The notes beneath the pieces are model-generated. The model saw only the letters and a program-made list of their open reading frames with translations. It was not told the DNA's origin and made no database searches. From positions 267,137 to 331,136 of the forward strand of contig JBBRSP010000004.1 of the NCBI GenBank assembly GCA_038245295.1: DNA of 64,000 nucleotides. Reading direction: 5' to 3'. Made by a program: the position numbers and the translations under genes. This DNA is from Candidatus Binatia bacterium. GTDB lineage: Bacteria > Desulfobacterota > Binatia > HRBIN30. Positions within the stretch are counted from its first letter, which is position 1. Each line of letters starts with the position of its first letter. Shown here piece after piece: positions 59,989-64,000 of the stretch.

Positions 59989-61899
59989 TTAGCCCTTGAC
60001 CTCTTCAAAGTCGGCGTCGACGGCATCGTCCTTCCCGCCGGCGCTGGGTTGTTCGCCTTCCGTCGATCCGCCCGCAGCTCCGCCCGCTTGCTTCGAAGCC
60101 TTGGCATAGACTGCTTCAGCGAGCTTGTGCGCCGACTGGCTAAGACGTTCCGTGGAGGCCTTCATGGCCGCGGCGTCTTGACCTTCGAGATCCTTCTTGG
60201 CGGCACTGAGCGCCTCCTCGATTGCGGTCCGCGTAGCGGCATCGACGTCACCGCCGTTATCCTTGAGGGACTTCTCCGTCTGGTAGACCAGGCTGTCGAG
60301 TTGGTTACGCGCTTCGGCGAGCTCACGCCGCTTCTCATCCTCGGCAGCGTGCATCTCGGCGTCCTTGATCATCTGCTTGATCTCGGCTTCGGACAAACCA
60401 CTCGATGCCGTAATCTTGATCGATTGCTCCTTGCCAGTCCCGAGATCCTTGGCATTGACGTGGACGATGCCGTTGGCGTCGATATCGAATCCAACCTCCA
60501 CCTGCGGCATGCCCTTCTGTGCGGGCGGAATGCCGACCAGATCGAATTGGCCGAGCAGCTTGTTGTCGACCGCCATCTGACGCTCACCCTGAAAAACCCG
60601 AATGGTAACCGCGGTCTGGTTGTCAGAAGCCGTGGAGAACACTTGCTGCTTCTTCGTAGGAACGGTGGTGTTCTTCTCGATCAACTTGGTAAACACGCCG
60701 CCCAGCGTTTCGATACCCAGGGAAAGCGGGGTCACGTCCAACAGCAGAACGTCCTTCACCTCACCCTTGAGAACGCCGGCTTGGATCGCCGCACCGATCG
60801 CGACAACTTCGTCCGGATTGACACCCTTGTGGGGCTCCTTGCCGAAGAGTTTCTTGACGCGCGCCTGGACGGCAGGCATGCGGCTCATACCACCGACGAG
60901 AACCACTTCGTCGATACTGCTCGCCGACAGCCCAGCGTCCTTCAACGCCGTAATACACGGCTGTTCGAGGCGATCGAGCAGTTCCGCGCACAAGGCTTCG
61001 AGCTTCGAGCGCGTCAGCTTCAGGTTGAGGTGTTTCGGTCCCGACTGGTCGGCAGTGACGAACGGAAGATTGATATCCGTTTCCATCGATGTCGACAGCT
61101 CACACTTGGCCTTCTCTGCCGCCTCTTTTAGGCGCTGCAGAGCCATGCGATCCTTGCGCAGATCAATGCCTTGGTCCTTGCGGAACTCGTCGACCAGATA
61201 CTCCATGATGCGTTGGTCGAAATCGACGCCGCCGAGGAACGTGTCGCCGTGTGTCGACTTCACTTCGAAGACGCCATCGCCAATCTCGAGGATTGAGATA
61301 TCGAAGGTGCCGCCGCCGAGGTCGAATACGGCGATCTTCTCATCCTTCTTCTTGTCGAGACCATAGGCCAGCGAGGCCGCGGTTGGCTCGTTGATGATAC
61401 GTAGAACATTCAGGCCGGCAACACGCCCGGCATCCTTGGTGGCCTGTCGCTGGCTGTCGTTGAAATAGGCAGGAACCGTAATGACGGCTTCGGTGACGGT
61501 TTCGCCGAGGTAGTCTTCAGCGGTCTGCTTCATCTTCTGAAGAATGAAGGCAGAGACTTCCGCCGGACTGTAGCTTTTGCCACGGATTTCGACCCAGGCA
61601 TCACCGTTGTCGGCGCGGGTGATCTTGTAGGGCAGGACTTTGGCGGCCTTCTGCACTTCAGCGTCGTCAAACTTGCGACCCATGAGGCGCTTCACCGCGA
61701 AGATTGTATTGTCAGGGTTGGTGATCGCTTGGCGGTGGGCGATTTGCCCGACCAAACGTTCACCTGACTCGGTGAACGCGACGACCGACGGCGTCGTGCG
61801 CCCTCCTTCAGAGTTGGCGATCACCTGAGGCTCGCCACCCTCCATGATTGCCACACAGGAATTGGTCGTCCCCAGGTCGATCCCGATAACCTTTGCCAT
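59989..61899 (-). CDS. dnaK: Chaperone DnaK
   Basis: [25 protein letters not shown] and terminal DADFEEV motifs. Confidence 0.98.
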   Translation of the reverse strand: MAKVIGIDLGTTNSCVAIMEGGEPQVIANSEGGRTTPSVVAFTESGERLVGQIAHRQAITNPDNTIFAVKRLMGRKFDDAEVQKAAKVLPYKITRADNGDAWVEIRGKSYSPAEVSAFILQKMKQTAEDYLGETVTEAVITVPAYFNDSQRQATKDAGRVAGLNVLRIINEPTAASLAYGLDKKKDEKIAVFDLGGGTFDISILEIGDGVFEVKSTHGDTFLGGVDFDQRIMEYLVDEFRKDQGIDLRKDRMALQRLKEAAEKAKCELSTSMETDINLPFVTADQSGPKHLNLKLTRSKLEALCAELLDRLEQPCITALKDAGLSASSIDEVVLVGGMSRMPAVQARVKKLFGKEPHKGVNPDEVVAIGAAIQAGVLKGEVKDVLLLDVTPLSLGIETLGGVFTKLIEKNTTVPTKKQQVFSTASDNQTAVTIRVFQGERQMAVDNKLLGQFDLVGIPPAQKGMPQVEVGFDIDANGIVHVNAKDLGTGKEQSIKITASSGLSEAEIKQMIKDAEMHAAEDEKRRELAEARNQLDSLVYQTEKSLKDNGGDVDAATRTAIEEALSAAKKDLEGQDAAAMKASTERLSQSAHKLAEAVYAKASKQAGGAAGGSTEGEQPSAGGKDDAVDADFEEVKG

Positions 61900-61994
61900 T
61901 CTTGCTCTCCTCCAAAAGACGCTCGGCTCCAGCCCGATGCGTCTTCTAAAAACGTGCCTTGCGGATAATCACGATGTTACGAACTGGCAACGTC

Positions 61995-62549
61995 TCAGCT
62001 CGTCTTTCCCTTGCTGACACTCACCAATGCGGGCCGGATCAACCGATCATGCAGCTGGTAGCCAACCTGATGCTGCTCGGTAACGTGCGATGCGGGATGG
62101 ATGTCTGACCCAATATGAGCGATCGCTTCGTGTTTTGTCGGATCGAACGGCTCGCCAATCGCATCGATGCGTTTCACGCCGTGACGGTCAAGTGCCTCGA
62201 TGAAGCCCTTCAAAACCATGCGAACGCCTTCGGCGAGGGCCTCGGATCCAGGCCCAGCGTGCTGCAGGGCACGCTCGAGATTATCGATGATCGGCAGAAA
62301 ATCGCGCAACAACGGATCGGTTGCGTAGCGAAGCAGGTCAGCTCGCTCCCGTTGCATTCGTTTCTTGAAATTTTCGAGCTCAGCACGATCACGAAGGAAT
62401 AAGTCGCGACTGTCGTCTACTTCCTTGCGTAGTCGTTCGATTTCAGCCAGCGCCACAGCCAACGGATCTCCTGCCGCCGCAGCCTCGTCCAGGCGATCGT
62501 CCTGATTCTGAGGGGCATTGCACGGCCCCTTCCCTGCTTCCTGACTCAT
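61995..62549 (-). CDS. grpE: Nucleotide exchange factor GrpE
   Basis: AELENFKKR, LPIIDNLERA, FDPTKHEA and GYQLHDRLIRPA motifs. ATG 62549 follows GAGGAGG. Confidence 0.95.
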   Translation of the reverse strand: MSQEAGKGPCNAPQNQDDRLDEAAAAGDPLAVALAEIERLRKEVDDSRDLFLRDRAELENFKKRMQRERADLLRYATDPLLRDFLPIIDNLERALQHAGPGSEALAEGVRMVLKGFIEALDRHGVKRIDAIGEPFDPTKHEAIAHIGSDIHPASHVTEQHQVGYQLHDRLIRPALVSVSKGKTS

Positions 62550-62639
62550 GTGCCTCCTCGAAACCCCGGGTCGAAGGAACTTCAGTCGGCAGAAGAGCCG
62601 CGCGACGGATAACACCGGGGGATATGTTGAGCGGGGGCG

Positions 62640-62668
62640 AACCTAAGGAGTGCCCAAACCCTTGTCAA
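62640..62668 (-). promoter_or_regulatory. Putative sigma70-type promoter of grpE-dnaK-dnaJ
   Basis: Minus strand reads TTGACA-17 nt-TAGGTT. Confidence 0.6.
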
Positions 62669-62698
62669 TGAACCGAGCCGGTGGTTTCTTGTCGATTC

Positions 62699-63454
62699 AT
62701 GAGTCTGGCACGCGCCAGCGAAGCGCTCATTTTAAGATCTCGACTCTACGCAGAATCCGATAAGATCGTAACATTTCTCACGTTGGAGTCGGGCAAACTC
62801 ACGGGAATCGCCAAGGGTGCGAAGAACTCGCGACGTCGCTTCGCCAACTGCCTCGACCCTTTTACACACGTCCGGGTACACTATCGGGTTCGGCCGGGCC
62901 CAGGCCTGGTATTCATGGAAAGTTGCGATCTCCTCAGACCGGCGCGAGAGTTGGCCGAGCCAGTACGCTTCGCCTACGGCAGTTATCTGCTTGAGCTCGT
63001 CGATCTCCTCACCGAGGAAGCACATCCAATCGAAGGCGTCTTTCATCTTTTGCATGACGCGATCACGGCGCTCATCGACGGCCCGGCGACGGCAGCCTTC
63101 TTGCGCGCCTTCGAGATGCAATTGCTCTGCGACGCCGGCTACGAGCCCCAACTGCTCGCCTGTAGCCGCTGCCAAACCGAATTCACCGCCGACGGCTCAG
63201 CCCACGTCGACACCACGGACGGAAGCGTCTGGTGCGTGCGCTGCCGCCCGTCCACCCCACAGACGTTGGTCGGAGCCGGCGTCGCGACACTGATGGCTCT
63301 CGAAGCGGTGAAACGCATTCCCCTGGCAACGGCGCGGCAACGTGGCTTCAGCCGAACGGTGGCGGGAGAAGCGGCTCAGCTGATGGGATGCTTCCTGGCT
63401 TTACACCTGCCGCGCCCGCCGCGCTCCTTGCGACTCATCGCCGCCCTTTCATAA
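62699..63454 (+). CDS. recO: DNA repair protein RecO
   Basis: ESDKIV, GIAKGAKNSRRRF, FEMQLL..AGY.P and a CxxC...CxxC zinc site. Confidence 0.93.
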   Translation: MSLARASEALILRSRLYAESDKIVTFLTLESGKLTGIAKGAKNSRRRFANCLDPFTHVRVHYRVRPGPGLVFMESCDLLRPARELAEPVRFAYGSYLLELVDLLTEEAHPIEGVFHLLHDAITALIDGPATAAFLRAFEMQLLCDAGYEPQLLACSRCQTEFTADGSAHVDTTDGSVWCVRCRPSTPQTLVGAGVATLMALEAVKRIPLATARQRGFSRTVAGEAAQLMGCFLALHLPRPPRSLRLIAALS

Positions 63455-63528
63455 GCCAAGGCGGCTCCCCGGCAGCGTTGGAGATCGACGCGATGGTGGG
63501 AAGCGGCCTTCCCCATCGAGGTGGTGAG

Positions 63529-63607
63529 GTAGGCGCAGGTCTTTAGCCTGCGCCGGATGGAGCGGTTCAGCATGGGTGTTCCGCCGCAAGCTAAAGCTTG
63601 CGCCTAC
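63529..63607. repeat. GTAG-type REP inverted doublet
   Basis: GTAGGCGCAGGTCTTTAGCCTGCG (63529-63552) and CGCAAGCTAAAGCTTGCGCCTAC (63585-63607). Confidence 0.88.
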
Positions 63608-63678
63608 CGGTTTGATCCATTCTCGACGCGTTGAAGCCCGTAACCCGTCGTTGTACCGGCAGTCCTCGCAAACAGCGC

Positions 63679-63721
63679 GAACGCATCGAGAACCGGGAAC
63701 CCAGAATCCAGGATGAGAACG
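63679..63721 (+). repeat. Third copy of the heptamer-based 43-bp repeat
   Basis: GAACGCATCGAGAACCGGGAACCCAGAATCCAGGATGAGAAC matches the copies at 6247-6357. Confidence 0.75.
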
Positions 63722-63756
63722 CTTAACTTACCCCCTACGCCCAACCCCCGACCGTT

Positions 63757-64000
63757 CTATGCCCCAGGCCCGCCCACCACACTCACCTCGGGAACAAACC
63801 GCGTCCCATCGGCCCGCGCCGCCGCCATCAAGCGAATCTTGTAGGTAACCGTACCCGCTTCGCGCATGCTCAACGTCGCCACGCGTGTGCGCCCGCGCGG
63901 CAGATCGGCAGCGGTACTGATGGCGGCCAGAATGATGCGGCCGCTGCGGTGCAGGGCCATTGGGTCGTAGTAGGCAGGTTGGACAAACGCCGGATGATCA
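63757..64000 (-). CDS. Hypothetical protein, C-terminal part (5' end outside the window)
   Basis: Frame is open to the window edge: DHPAFVQPAYYDPMALHRSGRIILAAIST..LPRGRTRVATL. Confidence 0.6.
   Translation of the reverse strand, partial: DHPAFVQPAYYDPMALHRSGRIILAAISTAADLPRGRTRVATLSMREAGTVTYKIRLMAAARADGTRFVPEVSVVGGPGA

Noticed and set aside
62630..62660. CIRCE element upstream of grpE
   Set aside because: Only one half-site-like GGCACTC is present; the inverted GAGTGC arm 9 nt away is absent.
63757..64000. Partial ORF as the cohesin partner of the dockerin-like tag
   Set aside because: It looks beta-rich, but it is truncated by the window edge and has no recognisable cohesin motif.

Overview
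High-GC bacterial chromosomal window with about 44 intact CDS and no recognisable rRNA, tRNA or CRISPR array. Gene content (Cys-flanked dockerin-like tail, myxobacterial Cys-rich motif, actinobacterial-type lipid/steroid enzymes, wHTH-AAA-TPR regulator) suggests a deltaproteobacterial lineage such as Binatia; this is inference. The left third is accessory: TMTC-like TPR glycosyltransferase, B12 radical SAM enzyme, secreted proteins, a ParD plus truncated ParE pair, and a BVMO-esterase fusion divergent from fadD19/fadE26/fadE27-like genes. The middle holds mixed metabolic genes (mgtE, mtnP, PfkB kinase, GH13, larB, thiL). 40.1-55.4 kb is a seven-gene Pil-Chp/Tfp-class chemosensory operon behind a sigma54-type promoter. 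It has a CheW-DUF4388 fusion, an extended PilG/RomR-like regulator and a 1927-aa coiled-coil protein ending in pseudo-receiver domains, and no CheR/CheB; this is the best candidate for an undescribed system. The right end has a porin, an LpoA-like lipoprotein, grpE-dnaK-dnaJ and recO. Intergenic DNA holds several REP/MITE families, including a nested element at 17.9-18.2 kb. All family assignments come from motif recognition by eye; no database searches were run.
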